Assembly (NCBI GenBank): GCA_043823065.1
Contig: JBDRBB010000008.1
Span: 224,001-288,000 of the forward strand
Reading direction: 5' to 3'
Origin: Pseudomonadota bacterium
GTDB taxonomy: Bacteria; UBA10199; 2-02-FULL-44-16; DYJF01
DNA: 64,000 nucleotides
Positions 10,146 through 20,615 of the stretch are shown here, piece after piece (the first letter of the stretch is position 1; each line of letters starts with the position of its first letter). The notes beneath the pieces are model-generated. The model searched no databases. It saw only the letters and a program-made list of their open reading frames with translations, and was not told the origin of the DNA. The position numbers and the translations under genes were made by a program.

Positions 10146-10742
10146 ATGATTAGAATTCAAAAAATCATCTTTGTTATTTGGGTAATTATATTTTCTACTA
10201 CAATTATAGATTTTCAAATAGATGAAGTTAAAGGTGAGCTTCAACATGAAATTGAGCTGGGAGTTACTGCAGAGTGTAAAGAATCAGTTCGGGCTAGATC
10301 TCCCAGTACAATTCAGATAACAGTTTCTTTTCCAGGGATTAGTTCTACAGAGTCAACTGCAGCTGATGCTTTTTGGCATTGGTCACAAGATGAAGATGAA
10401 ATTCCGCATTTATTTCATAAGAGGCTTTCTGGTAAGCAGCTGGTAATTATTCCAGGAGCTCAGATTGAATTTATGCGTTATTGCGGAGAAGCCGCAGCTA
10501 AGGATGCTCAGGTAAGTCTAGAAATGTTAAATGAAATGGGAAAAAATTTCTTTCATTTAAAATCAGTGAAAAATGTTAACTTGCCACAGGCAATAAATAG
10601 AGCAAATATTGTAGTGCCATGGCAAAAGCAGAAAACCACTTTGGGTTACGATTCAGCAAATCCCTATCAATTGGAGCTAAAGATTAATGTTTATACCCCT
10701 CAAGTTATAGTGGGAATATTGCAATATAGATATGATGGATAA
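10146..10742 (+). CDS. Secreted protein, possible minor pilin or tip subunit
   Basis: N-terminal hydrophobic segment, two Cys, beta-rich; 2 nt after the usher-like gene. Confidence 0.4.
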   Translation: MIRIQKIIFVIWVIIFSTTIIDFQIDEVKGELQHEIELGVTAECKESVRARSPSTIQITVSFPGISSTESTAADAFWHWSQDEDEIPHLFHKRLSGKQLVIIPGAQIEFMRYCGEAAAKDAQVSLEMLNEMGKNFFHLKSVKNVNLPQAINRANIVVPWQKQKTTLGYDSANPYQLELKINVYTPQVIVGILQYRYDG

Positions 10743-10765
10743 AAAATCAATTTATAAAAAAAGAG

Positions 10766-11812
10766 GTGATGATGTATAATCCTAATAATCGCAAACATAT
10801 TTATGCTAAGGCACCTTTAAGAATTAGTTTTTGTGGAGGAGGTACAGATTTAGCTCCATATAGCGATGAACATGGTGGCGTAGTTTTATCTACTACGATA
10901 AATAAATTTTCCATAACCAGTTTGGCCAGGCGTTCAGATCAAGAGATATCGCTTAATTCTTTTGATTTTGGAGATATCGTAAATATTAATTATAATTTAG
11001 CGGAAAAGCCAGTTTACGATGGAGTGCTGGATCTAGCAAAAGCAGTGATAGATGATTTTGATGTAGAAGAGGGCTTTGATTTATTTATGTACACTGATGC
11101 GCCACCTGCTTCAGGCCTTGGCACTTCCTCTACCTTTACGGTTTCAATTATAGGCGCTATGCGAGAATATCTGGGGTTAAGCATGGATGCTTATGAAATA
11201 GCAGAAAGAGCTCATTATATTGAAAGAGTAAAAATGGGTTATCATGGTGGCAAACAAGATCAATATGCTGCTGCTTTTGGCGGTTTTAATTTGATTGAAT
11301 TTAGCAAGGATAAAACTATTGTCACTCCACTTAAGTTATCACCCAAAATTGTGAATGATTTAGAAGCTCATATTTTACTTTGTTATACTGGCAAGACTCA
11401 TTTTTCTGCTAATTTGATTAAACAGCAAATTTCCTATTATAAAGAAAAAAGAATGGAGACTTTGGACGGGTTGCATAAGATCAAGCAGCTTACTTTTGAA
11501 TTAAAAGATGCTTTGGTAAAAGGTGAAATTAAAAAGTTTGCTGAGATCATCACTGAAAGCTGGAAGATTAAAAAAATGATCAACCCTGAGGTTACTAATG
11601 CTGCTATTGATGAAATTTATGATACTGCCCTAAAGCATGGCGCTATTGGCGGCAAACTTTTAGGAGCAGGTGGAGGGGGATTTTTGTTGCTTTTTTGCCC
11701 AATTACCAGGCGGAGACCTTTGGTTGATAATCTGGAAAAAATGGGGATTAGTTTTATGAGTTTTGGCTTAGATAAATATGGTTTGAAATGTTGGAGAAGT
11801 AATTGGAACTGA
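10766..11812 (+). CDS. hddA: GHMP-family sugar kinase, D-glycero-alpha-D-manno-heptose-7-phosphate kinase type
   Basis: KAPLRISFCGGGTD, PPASGLGTSS, GGKQDQYAAAFGGFN and GGKLLGAGGGGF motifs. Confidence 0.8.
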   Translation: MMMYNPNNRKHIYAKAPLRISFCGGGTDLAPYSDEHGGVVLSTTINKFSITSLARRSDQEISLNSFDFGDIVNINYNLAEKPVYDGVLDLAKAVIDDFDVEEGFDLFMYTDAPPASGLGTSSTFTVSIIGAMREYLGLSMDAYEIAERAHYIERVKMGYHGGKQDQYAAAFGGFNLIEFSKDKTIVTPLKLSPKIVNDLEAHILLCYTGKTHFSANLIKQQISYYKEKRMETLDGLHKIKQLTFELKDALVKGEIKKFAEIITESWKIKKMINPEVTNAAIDEIYDTALKHGAIGGKLLGAGGGGFLLLFCPITRRRPLVDNLEKMGISFMSFGLDKYGLKCWRSNWN

Positions 11813-11816
11813 GACT

Positions 11817-12824
11817 TTAAGATTTTTTCTGAAAAAGTTCCCGAGGAACGGTTCTAAAGTAATACAAACCAACAATAGTTTTAAGTATGGCATTTACAAA
11901 TAGCCACAAAAGCACTGCTGCCAAAAGTAGTTCTCCGCCATTAATAATTCCTTTGGAGATCATGGGATGGGTTACTGTGTCTCTTAAAAGCTCTACTAGA
12001 GCAAATTGGATCGAACCCAAGCCTCCTGGCACAACAGGAATGGTGCTTACTAAGTGAACTAAAGGGATTTTGCCCATAATGTCGGTTAAGGGGACATTGG
12101 CGCCAAAGATTCTTATTAAAAAATACATGGAAGCAATAATAGCTAAATGTATAGGTATTCTATAAAAGGCAATTTTAATATAGTCTTTGATTTTGGAGTG
12201 TACAAATACATAGAAAAAGCTTTGTTGATAGAGCCATTTCCAAAACTTTCCTTCTAAGCGTTTTCCTTGCTGCATTTTGTGTCTCATCCAATGCCAAAAT
12301 ATAAGATTGGCAATAACGCCTAGGGCCACAAAAATCATAGCCAAACGTACCCAATGAGTTAGATCTAGCCCTCTAATGCTAACTTGTTGAAAATAAGTGC
12401 CTAAAAAAGCCAAGAATATGACCCAGCAAAAATCTACGAACATAATCACGGTGAATATTCCCAAAGATTTAGTAAAAGAAGCGCCAAATTTCTTTTTTAG
12501 GTAATAGGCAAAAGCAGCCTGAGAAGCGCCGTAATTAATGTTCATTATTAAATAAGTGATGCCACGGGGTGGAATAAGTTGGGCTGTTGAAAATTTAAGG
12601 CCATAATTAGTTAAAATATGAGCTGTACTCCAACAATCTGCCCAATAAAGAAAGATAAAATAGCCCAGAGAAAGGATAATAAATAAGATTGGATTTACAA
12701 ATTTCAAAGCTTGCCAGACCTGGGCTGGTGGATAGGCATAGAACAAGTAAACAAATAAAAGTATGGCCAATATCCAGGGTAAAATTTTGCGAAAAAACAA
12801 AGTTGGGATTGTATTTTTGCTCAT
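11817..12824 (-). CDS. Lysylphosphatidylglycerol-synthase TM region / flippase-like membrane protein (UPF0104)
   Basis: About 8 TM segments; IPVVPGGLG motif near the C-terminus; typical N-terminal pattern. Confidence 0.65.
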   Translation of the reverse strand: MSKNTIPTLFFRKILPWILAILLFVYLFYAYPPAQVWQALKFVNPILFIILSLGYFIFLYWADCWSTAHILTNYGLKFSTAQLIPPRGITYLIMNINYGASQAAFAYYLKKKFGASFTKSLGIFTVIMFVDFCWVIFLAFLGTYFQQVSIRGLDLTHWVRLAMIFVALGVIANLIFWHWMRHKMQQGKRLEGKFWKWLYQQSFFYVFVHSKIKDYIKIAFYRIPIHLAIIASMYFLIRIFGANVPLTDIMGKIPLVHLVSTIPVVPGGLGSIQFALVELLRDTVTHPMISKGIINGGELLLAAVLLWLFVNAILKTIVGLYYFRTVPRELFQKKS

Positions 12825-12885
12825 TATTTTGTATTTTCAATATATTATACTGTATTTTGCTAATTGTCCACTAATAGGGGGAGTT

Positions 12886-14484
12886 ATGAATAACGAAAGA
12901 AGAACAGTTTTTCCTGTATTATTTTTCTTCCTGCTGCTTGTTTCTATCTTGCCAATTTTATTATCCAAATATTTGCCAGGTATAATGATTCCCGGCCAGG
13001 TTACTATGGCTTATATTATAGAAAATTTTTCTAATCCTAATTTTCATTTTACCGAATATTATGCTGTTGATCTTTCTTTTGCGCCTTTAATGTTGTTTTT
13101 CTATTTTGCAAATCTATTAAAAGGATTTATCGCCCCCCTGGTTGCTATAAAATTATTTGCAATGATTGCTATTATTCTTTTGCCGATAAGCTTTTATGTT
13201 TTTCTTTCTACCATAAATAAAAATATAAAGTGGCTATCCTTGTTTTCATTTATTTTTCTATATAATGAAACCTATTATTTTGGTAATTTGAACCTGCTGC
13301 TATCATTTTCTTTATTTTTCTTTGGATTAGCATGTTTGGAAAGTATTCTTAAGAAATTTAGAGTAATCCAACTTATTCTCCTGCTATTTCTGACAGCTTT
13401 TTTGTTTTATGCGCATTCTCTAACGTTTATTATTTTCTTGATAGCTGGCATTATTTTGCTTTTTTCCCACAAAGAGGCTGGAAATAAAATATCTATGCAC
13501 CAGATAATGACTTTTTTGTTGGTGTTGGTTTTAGCTCTTATTTTGAGCTGGTCCTATTTTGGTGTTATTTGGACTTATTTAAAAGTATTTTTTGACCGCT
13601 CCTTAACAGAGTCTTCTGTCTTGCTGAAATGGATTTATCCTTGGCCGGCTTTTTTGCATTTAATAGCATCTCCAGGCGGAGTTTTATTTGGTTTGGCTAA
13701 ACTTAGCTGTTTAGTTTTGTTAGCATTAGCTATTTTTCATCCCCTATTTAATAAAGAGCAGTTATTGAATTTGGGTAAAATATTCAATGATGAACCCTAT
13801 TCAAGTCAAAGGCCATATATATATGTGGCGATTTTATTGTTAATGATTCTTTTTTTAATGCCAGGAGGTATCTCTTTTGTGGCTAATGCTGAAGTAGGCA
13901 TTGAAAATAATAGTTTTTTTAAGCTAAACTATCAACTTGTACCTTTAATCAGCCTTTTTATTATTACTATTTTACCAGCGCAATTGTATCACGCTAATTA
14001 TTCTAAATATCTAATTTCATTAGCCGGATTTATTGTGATCGGTATTACAATAATATTTCATTTGCAATTTCAAAAAGAGATGAAATCCTTTGATGACCTA
14101 ATTAATTTAATGGAAGCTGATAAAAATATGTTAGTGATTAATGCTAACCCTGTAAGTAATTATTTTGCTCAGGATTTTCCCATTTTTAAATACGTTCCAA
14201 CTTATTATATTTATCAAAAACAGGGGGTAGTATCTGATTTTCTAGATCAAGGATATTTCCCAGTAAGATTGATTCAGGATAAAAAACCACCGCTAACGTT
14301 ATTTAATGAAGATAAAAAACTGACCAAAGAAGTCTTGACCTACTATGCGTATTATTTGTTTAGATTTGCCGGAGATGCTTTTGCTGAAGAAATTGCTGTT
14401 ACTAAAACAAATAATTTTTTGAAACAATCTAATATCAATAAAATTGCAACTATGGATAAGTGGCACTTATACGAGAAAAAATAG
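12886..14484 (+). CDS. Polytopic membrane protein, GT-C-like
   Basis: About 12 TM segments followed by a soluble C-terminal domain (YYFGNLN, FYAH). RBS GGGGAG precedes ATG 12886. Confidence 0.5.
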   Translation: MNNERRTVFPVLFFFLLLVSILPILLSKYLPGIMIPGQVTMAYIIENFSNPNFHFTEYYAVDLSFAPLMLFFYFANLLKGFIAPLVAIKLFAMIAIILLPISFYVFLSTINKNIKWLSLFSFIFLYNETYYFGNLNLLLSFSLFFFGLACLESILKKFRVIQLILLLFLTAFLFYAHSLTFIIFLIAGIILLFSHKEAGNKISMHQIMTFLLVLVLALILSWSYFGVIWTYLKVFFDRSLTESSVLLKWIYPWPAFLHLIASPGGVLFGLAKLSCLVLLALAIFHPLFNKEQLLNLGKIFNDEPYSSQRPYIYVAILLLMILFLMPGGISFVANAEVGIENNSFFKLNYQLVPLISLFIITILPAQLYHANYSKYLISLAGFIVIGITIIFHLQFQKEMKSFDDLINLMEADKNMLVINANPVSNYFAQDFPIFKYVPTYYIYQKQGVVSDFLDQGYFPVRLIQDKKPPLTLFNEDKKLTKEVLTYYAYYLFRFAGDAFAEEIAVTKTNNFLKQSNINKIATMDKWHLYEKK

Positions 14485-14501
14485 TGAATAAGGAAAAAAA
14501 T

Positions 14502-15484
14502 ATGAAAATATTAGTAACTGGAGCTCCTGGCTGGCTAGGTACAAGATTAGTGGAAATTCTAAGAGAGCAAGGCAAAGAAGTTAGGGCCTTAGCGTTGCCA
14601 TATTTAAATGAGCAAGAATTAATTTCTCTTAATGCGGAAGTATTTAAAGGGGATTTGCAAAATGCAGATTCTCTTAGAGGTGTTTGTGACGGAGTTGGTG
14701 CTGTTTTTCACTGCGCAGGATTAATTCATCCTAAAAGGATAAAACAATTATATGATGTAAATGTTATTGGTACTAAGAATATTTTAAATGAAGCTATTAA
14801 ATCTGGAGTAAAAAAAATTGTTATGTTTCATCTAATTCAGTTGGCGGAGTGAATAAAAAAAGAGATGTTTTAATGAAAGAAGATGATTTACCGAACCCAT
14901 ATAAACACTATGGGAAAAGTAAGCATGAAGCTGAAAAATTGGTTAATGCTGCTTTTGAACAAGGAAAAATTAATACAACTATTCTTAGGCCTTGTTGGTT
15001 TTATGGGGTGCGGCAGCCAGAAAGACAGACGACTTTTTTTAGGATGATTAAAAAAGGTAATCCCATAGTTTTTGGTGATGGCCAGAATTTACGCAGCATG
15101 ACCTATATTGATAATTTAATTGAGGCTATGTTGCTGGCAGAGCAAAAAGAAATATCAGCAGGCAAAACCTACTGGATTGCTGACAGAAGGTCTTATCCTA
15201 CTATTGAAATATATGAAACCATTGCTAAACTGCTGGAAGTAAAAAATTGGAAACCTCGTTTTGTGCCAGCATTTGTATCTAGTATGTGTGAAATAGCAGA
15301 TGATGTATTGCAAGCGATCAGTTTATATATCAAGGAAATTCATGTAGCTGGAGAAATGGATAAAGACATAGCCTGTAGCATAGAAAAGGCCCGGACAGAG
15401 CTAAACTATAATCCTACGGTGGATCTAGAAGAAGGTATGCGTAGATCAATTGCCTGGTGCAGAGCCAATGGAGTGGAGATTTAA
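14502..15484 (+). CDS. NAD-dependent epimerase/dehydratase (extended SDR), split by a 1-nt frameshift near 14810-14822
   Basis: VTGAPGWLG and FHCAG in the first ORF; YVSSNSVGG in the shifted frame; YGKSK (YxxxK) and LRPCWFYG in the second ORF. One added base restores KKIVYVSS. Confidence 0.8.
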
Positions 15485-15487
15485 TAC

Positions 15488-16525
15488 ATGGCTAAGGTCT
15501 TGGTTACAGGTGGAGCTGGTTTTTTTGGTCTGCATTTGGTGCAAGCATTAGCCAAAAAAGGATATGTTCCAATTATCTATGATCTTGATAAGCCTGAACA
15601 AGATCAATTACCCAATATCCAATATATTAAAGGTGATATAAGAAACGAAGCAGCTTTGCTAGATGCCCTGAAAGATGTTGACTTTGTTTTTCATAATGCT
15701 GCTTTAGTTCCTATTTCCAGGGCAACGCGTAAGACGTATTGGTCAGTTAATGTTGAAGGAACAAGAAAAGTACTAAATGCTTGTTTGCAACGAAAAATAA
15801 AAAAAGTTATCTTTGTTTCTTCCAGCGCGCCTTACGGTATTCCCAAAGAGTTGCCTATAACTGAGAAAACTCCGTTTAATCCTGTTTGTAATTATGGAAA
15901 GTCCAAGATTGCAGCTGAAAATATCTGCCAGCAATATCGTCAAAAAGGTCTGGATATAGTAATTTTAAGACCGCGTACTTTGATTGGTAAAGGCAGGTTA
16001 GGCATATTTCAAATTCTTTACAGTTGGATTGCTGACAATAAAAAAGTCTATTTGATTGGTAAAGGAGATAACCTGTTTCAGGATTTAGGAGTAGATGATT
16101 TTGCAGCAGGCTGCCTTTTGGCTCTGGAAAAGGACTGTCGCAACCAAGATTTCAATTTAGGCACAGATAGATATGCTACAGTAAGAGAAGAATTAGAAGA
16201 TCTAATTGCTTATGCTGGCAGTTTTTCTAAACTTATTGGCATTCCAGCAGAGATGGCCAGATTTTTTTTAGGGATTTTAGATATCTTAAATCTTTCTCCT
16301 TTTACCACCTGGCATTATAAAACAGCAGATCAGCCTTTTTATTTTGACAGCTCTAAAGCTATGAAACTTTTAGGTTGGCAACCTAAAATGAGTAGCTCTG
16401 ATATGTTTAGACAAAGCTATGATTGGTATTTAGCAAATCGCAGACAAATTGATGCTCACGAAGGAACTAGTCACAGATATTCAGCTAAACAAAAAATTTT
16501 GAAAATACTAAAAAGGATATCTTAA
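15488..16525 (+). CDS. NAD-dependent epimerase/dehydratase (extended SDR)
   Basis: VTGGAGFFG, FHNAA, FVSSS, YGKSK. Confidence 0.9.
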   Translation: MAKVLVTGGAGFFGLHLVQALAKKGYVPIIYDLDKPEQDQLPNIQYIKGDIRNEAALLDALKDVDFVFHNAALVPISRATRKTYWSVNVEGTRKVLNACLQRKIKKVIFVSSSAPYGIPKELPITEKTPFNPVCNYGKSKIAAENICQQYRQKGLDIVILRPRTLIGKGRLGIFQILYSWIADNKKVYLIGKGDNLFQDLGVDDFAAGCLLALEKDCRNQDFNLGTDRYATVREELEDLIAYAGSFSKLIGIPAEMARFFLGILDILNLSPFTTWHYKTADQPFYFDSSKAMKLLGWQPKMSSSDMFRQSYDWYLANRRQIDAHEGTSHRYSAKQKILKILKRIS

Positions 16526-16526
16526 T

Positions 16527-17402
16527 ATGAAAAATGTTGCGCTAGGTTTGATCTTAGCTACCAGGCCTTATCAATGGATCAAAAATCTATTTATTTTCCT
16601 GCCTTTGGTTTTCAGCAAACAGCTTTTTGTGCCTCAAGCTGTAATTGGTACATCAGCCATGTTTATTCTTTTTTGTTTGGCTGCCAGCGCTGTATATCTA
16701 ATAAATGATATTGCTGATTTAGAAGATGATCAGGTTCATGAAATAAAAAAACATAGGCCATTGGCTGCTGGCCGCATTAGCAAAAGACAGACTGTTGTGC
16801 TTGCCTTAATTCTTTTGGGCATAGCATTGTTTTTTTCTTTTATGCTTGAACTTGAGACAGGCTTAATTATTTTAAGCTATTTAATTCTTAATCTGTTATA
16901 TTCAAAGTATCTAAAACATATTGTTATAATAGATGTTTTTTGTGTGGGTGCTTTTTATTATTTAAGAATTCTAGCTGGATCAGTTACTTCTGGTATTGCT
17001 CTTTCCGAATGGATTATATTTTGTACGGTTTTACTAGCTTTGTTTCTAGCCTTTAATAAACGCCGTTATGATCTAAAATATGCCAAAGTTCTGAAAGGAC
17101 GTATATATCGCAAATATACGCCATACTTTATCGACCATATGGTTTCCATTATTTCTGCTTCTGTGGCCCTAACCTATGCCTTATATGTAATGGATCCAAA
17201 GGTGGTTATAAAATTTGGTACACACCATTTATTTTATACCATCCCTTTTGTTTATTATGGATTATTTAGATATATCTATTTAGTTGAACAAAAAGGGCAA
17301 GGCGGTGATCCAACGCTCATCTTACTTAAAGATCGCAAATTGCAGCTCAATCTATTGTTATGGACCTTAGCCTGTATAGGCATTATTTATTTTAAAATAT
17401 AA
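16527..17402 (+). CDS. UbiA-family polyprenyl-phosphate phosphoribosyltransferase (DPPR synthase type)
   Basis: RPYQWIKNLF, YLINDIADLEDD..H..KKHRPLAAG, LKHIVIIDV, FNKRR, GGDPT motifs. Confidence 0.9.
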   Translation: MKNVALGLILATRPYQWIKNLFIFLPLVFSKQLFVPQAVIGTSAMFILFCLAASAVYLINDIADLEDDQVHEIKKHRPLAAGRISKRQTVVLALILLGIALFFSFMLELETGLIILSYLILNLLYSKYLKHIVIIDVFCVGAFYYLRILAGSVTSGIALSEWIIFCTVLLALFLAFNKRRYDLKYAKVLKGRIYRKYTPYFIDHMVSIISASVALTYALYVMDPKVVIKFGTHHLFYTIPFVYYGLFRYIYLVEQKGQGGDPTLILLKDRKLQLNLLLWTLACIGIIYFKI

Positions 17403-19054
17403 TGCAGATATTTCTACGCCAAATTCAGGATAATCTGATATTAGTATTATGCTTCCTCTTGGGAGCAGTACTTTTATTTGCTAATTTGGGTGATTTGCCA
17501 TTTTGGTGTGATGAGGCAATGACCGCCAATGTGGCTCGCAATATCTCTCAAAGTATAGTGCCACGAGGTTGGGATGGAGTTAATATCTTTGTGCCCAGAG
17601 AGGTGGTAGATAATAATTTTTTAGTTACTTTACTTCCTTGGCTACAAGATTACCTGGTTTTTATTTCATTTAAACTGTTTGGAGAGAGTAATTTCACTGC
17701 TCGCTTGCCCTTTGCTTTGTTTGGATTGCTGTCTATTCCTCTGCTTTACAAGTTTGCAAAATGGTTTGTGGGAAAAGATGTGGCTAATCTAGCAACTATT
17801 ATATTTATCTTTTCAGTTACTTTTTTGGTTTATAGCAGAAATTGCAGATACTATTCATTGACTCTATTTTTTGGCCTTTTGCTTGTTTATGCTTATTTCC
17901 GCCTTGATCATTTCAAGAGCTGGTATAATTTTTGGTTTATTGTAGCGGGTATTTTGCTCTTTCATAGCAGTTATTTAGTATTTGCCGCATTATATATTAC
18001 TATTCTATTTTTTTTTCTTATCTGGGAAAGAGATAAAACTAAATTAAAGACCCTGTTTGTTTCTTCTTGGATCATTGGTGCATTTACCCTGCCTTGGTTC
18101 TTTTTAACTGACCGCGTGGTGCTTAAAGAATTTTTTGAAGATAGGTTTTTGCTTAATACTGGATATTTACTTATAAAAAATATTAAGGCTTTTATAGGTT
18201 ATGGCTTTTTCAGTTTAGTTTTAGTGGGCGTTTTTATTATTTTTCTAGCTTTGCCTCAAAATAAAGAAATTTGGCAGAAATATAAGCGAGCGTTTTTATT
18301 AATCAGCACAGTAATTATAACTTATATTTTAGTTAGTTGTTTTTTGCAAAGTTATGATTATCAAAAGTTTCCCAATCGTCTGCCATATATCAGAATAAGC
18401 TTAATCTTATTGCCGTGTTTTGCCATTTGGAATGCCATTGGGTTTAGGGCTATCGCAAATTACTCAAAACTAATGAGCTATCTGTTGCTTACTCTTTTTT
18501 TGTTAACCAATGTTTTTTCTTGGCCTTTTCCGGTTAAAACACAGGGCGTGCCCCTAAAAATTCCAATAGCCAGAAGTTTTTTATATGAATATGCCAAGCA
18601 AATTTTTGATCCCCCTCAAGATCAAGCTATTATAGAAGTTGCAAATCATCTTCAAAATAATGCCAAACAGGGCGATGTTATATTTGCTGATCAATGCTGG
18701 TCATATCAATTAGTATGGTATTTTAATCAAAAATATAAATTTTGTTGCCAGCAAGATTTTGCAGATCCAGATAACAAGGATTTTATGAAATTGCCTGATT
18801 ATCTTGATTCTACTTTTGATCAACCAAAATGGATTGTTGTTTGCCCATTTACCTTTAAGGCCAGTGCCAGGCAGCACGTGCAGAATGCTTTTGATAATAT
18901 TAACATGAAAAATTATGAGCTGGTAGGGGATATAAGCAAACGCGATTTTTTTCTAAGACCAAATTTTGAATCTTTTTTTATGGTTGGATTTGATGATCTA
19001 GATCTTGCAGAATCAGAAAAAACATACATCTTTAAACAGAAAGAAAACTTATAA
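17402..19054 (+). CDS. ArnT/PMT-like GT-C glycosyltransferase (GT39/GT83-like)
   Basis: FWCDEA first-loop motif, FGESNFTARLPFALFG, SRNCRYY; translationally coupled to the UbiA gene. Confidence 0.8.
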   Translation: MQIFLRQIQDNLILVLCFLLGAVLLFANLGDLPFWCDEAMTANVARNISQSIVPRGWDGVNIFVPREVVDNNFLVTLLPWLQDYLVFISFKLFGESNFTARLPFALFGLLSIPLLYKFAKWFVGKDVANLATIIFIFSVTFLVYSRNCRYYSLTLFFGLLLVYAYFRLDHFKSWYNFWFIVAGILLFHSSYLVFAALYITILFFFLIWERDKTKLKTLFVSSWIIGAFTLPWFFLTDRVVLKEFFEDRFLLNTGYLLIKNIKAFIGYGFFSLVLVGVFIIFLALPQNKEIWQKYKRAFLLISTVIITYILVSCFLQSYDYQKFPNRLPYIRISLILLPCFAIWNAIGFRAIANYSKLMSYLLLTLFLLTNVFSWPFPVKTQGVPLKIPIARSFLYEYAKQIFDPPQDQAIIEVANHLQNNAKQGDVIFADQCWSYQLVWYFNQKYKFCCQQDFADPDNKDFMKLPDYLDSTFDQPKWIVVCPFTFKASARQHVQNAFDNINMKNYELVGDISKRDFFLRPNFESFFMVGFDDLDLAESEKTYIFKQKENL

Positions 19055-20604
19055 TGTCCATTTTTAGGTCAATTGCAGTCAATTCAAATTTAATAGTGCA
19101 GATTATTGTTTGTCTGATTGCTGGTGTTTGGTCTGCTATCCTTATGGTTAAGACTTTTTTGCGCATTTCTTTCCCTTGGGATGTTTATATGTGGATTGAA
19201 AGCGTATTTATGACCAATATGTTAAAATTGTATTATGGTTTGCCGTTGTTTACAGCACCAGCAGATGCTAATTCATCAATTTACTCTCCAGGCTTAACCT
19301 ATTTATCATATTTTTTATTGAAGCCATTTGGATTGGAATTAAATATAGTTTATTGCAGAATAATTGTAGTTTTAATTGGTATTATAGCTGCAGTTTTTGC
19401 TGGTAGGATTATGCTTATATTAATAAGAATAATCAATAAAGACATCAATAAAGCTCTAATGTTTGCTATATGTTGTGGATTGTCATTCTTAGTTATTTTT
19501 CAAAATATAACAGCTGATGTTCCTCATCCAGATAATTTGCAGATAGCTCATTTTTTAGTAGTATTTTTGCTATCCTGGTTAGCATTGCAGCGCCAGAGCT
19601 TTAAGCTAGCTGTTTTTACCATGGTTGTTGCTGGAATTGGTTGCTTTACTAAGCAGACTGAAACTATAGTTTTTTTAGGTCCCTTAGCTTTATTTGTAAT
19701 ATATAGAATTCAGAGTTGGCCTTATTTAATCTTATTGGCAACAATTGGCTTGTTAACAACAGCTATTTCTCTATTTATATTATGGTGGCCTGAGCATGCT
19801 TTTTTTTACACATACACTCTCCCAGCTAATAATGTTGTTGAATATGAAAGAATGTTAGATTTTGGCGGAATATATTTTTGGGGAACAGTGCCTTTACTTA
19901 CAATGCCAAGCTTGGCTTATTTGTGGAAGGCAGGTGGAAGTAAAAGAAGATTTCTAATGTGCTGGTTAATCCTGGGTATCTTTGTTGTGGTTCCCAATAT
20001 TCGCTCATTTCTTAAATTTTTTGCTCAGTGGAATAATTTAGTAATAGTAAAGTTATGGTTGTTATTGATTGCTTGGCCGTGTTTGTTAACCTTGCCAAAA
20101 ATATTAGCCCAATTTCAGTATCAGCAAGACCAAGCTTTAAAAAAAAGCAACTTTGCTTATCATCTGTTGGCCTTGTTTTTTATGTTAAGTGTTTTAATTC
20201 CACTTTATCCAAAGAAAATTGCTCCCTCTGCTAATTACAGAGAATATTGTCAACAAATACAAAATAGATTAAATAATGATATAGTGGAGAATTCTAATGT
20301 TTTACTTGATTATGGAGTGACTTATTTAATCAATGCTGGATATAAAGTGGTTCCTCTTGATAGGGGGGATGCTTATATAGAGTTATTCAATTCTGGAAAA
20401 GATGATCTAGTACAAATAGATTCTAGGATAGGAAATAAAAAATATGACAAGTTATATTTTACTACAGATAACTATCCGCTTAAATTTTTTGATTTAATGA
20501 AAGATAAATATCAGATTGTAGATGTGGTTAAGCCACCGCCTCTTTTTAATTTTTGGTCTGGCTACCAAATAAAACCCTCATGCGTTATTTTAGAAGCTAT
20601 ATAA
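19054..20604 (+). CDS. GT-C-like membrane protein, paralog A of a three-member family
   Basis: FPWD..W.ES, PADANS..YSPGL, PHPDNL, TKQ and PLDR motifs; about 12 TM segments. Confidence 0.6.
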   Translation: MSIFRSIAVNSNLIVQIIVCLIAGVWSAILMVKTFLRISFPWDVYMWIESVFMTNMLKLYYGLPLFTAPADANSSIYSPGLTYLSYFLLKPFGLELNIVYCRIIVVLIGIIAAVFAGRIMLILIRIINKDINKALMFAICCGLSFLVIFQNITADVPHPDNLQIAHFLVVFLLSWLALQRQSFKLAVFTMVVAGIGCFTKQTETIVFLGPLALFVIYRIQSWPYLILLATIGLLTTAISLFILWWPEHAFFYTYTLPANNVVEYERMLDFGGIYFWGTVPLLTMPSLAYLWKAGGSKRRFLMCWLILGIFVVVPNIRSFLKFFAQWNNLVIVKLWLLLIAWPCLLTLPKILAQFQYQQDQALKKSNFAYHLLALFFMLSVLIPLYPKKIAPSANYREYCQQIQNRLNNDIVENSNVLLDYGVTYLINAGYKVVPLDRGDAYIELFNSGKDDLVQIDSRIGNKKYDKLYFTTDNYPLKFFDLMKDKYQIVDVVKPPPLFNFWSGYQIKPSCVILEAI

Positions 20605-20615
20605 TTTAGAAATTT

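Noticed and set aside
12763..12885. Long N-terminus of the 573 aa ORF
   Set aside because: Overlaps the divergent flippase-like gene; an RBS supports ATG 12886.
13182..13189. Third GCCGATAA box
   Set aside because: Inside a CDS and lacks the GCACAAC upstream box.
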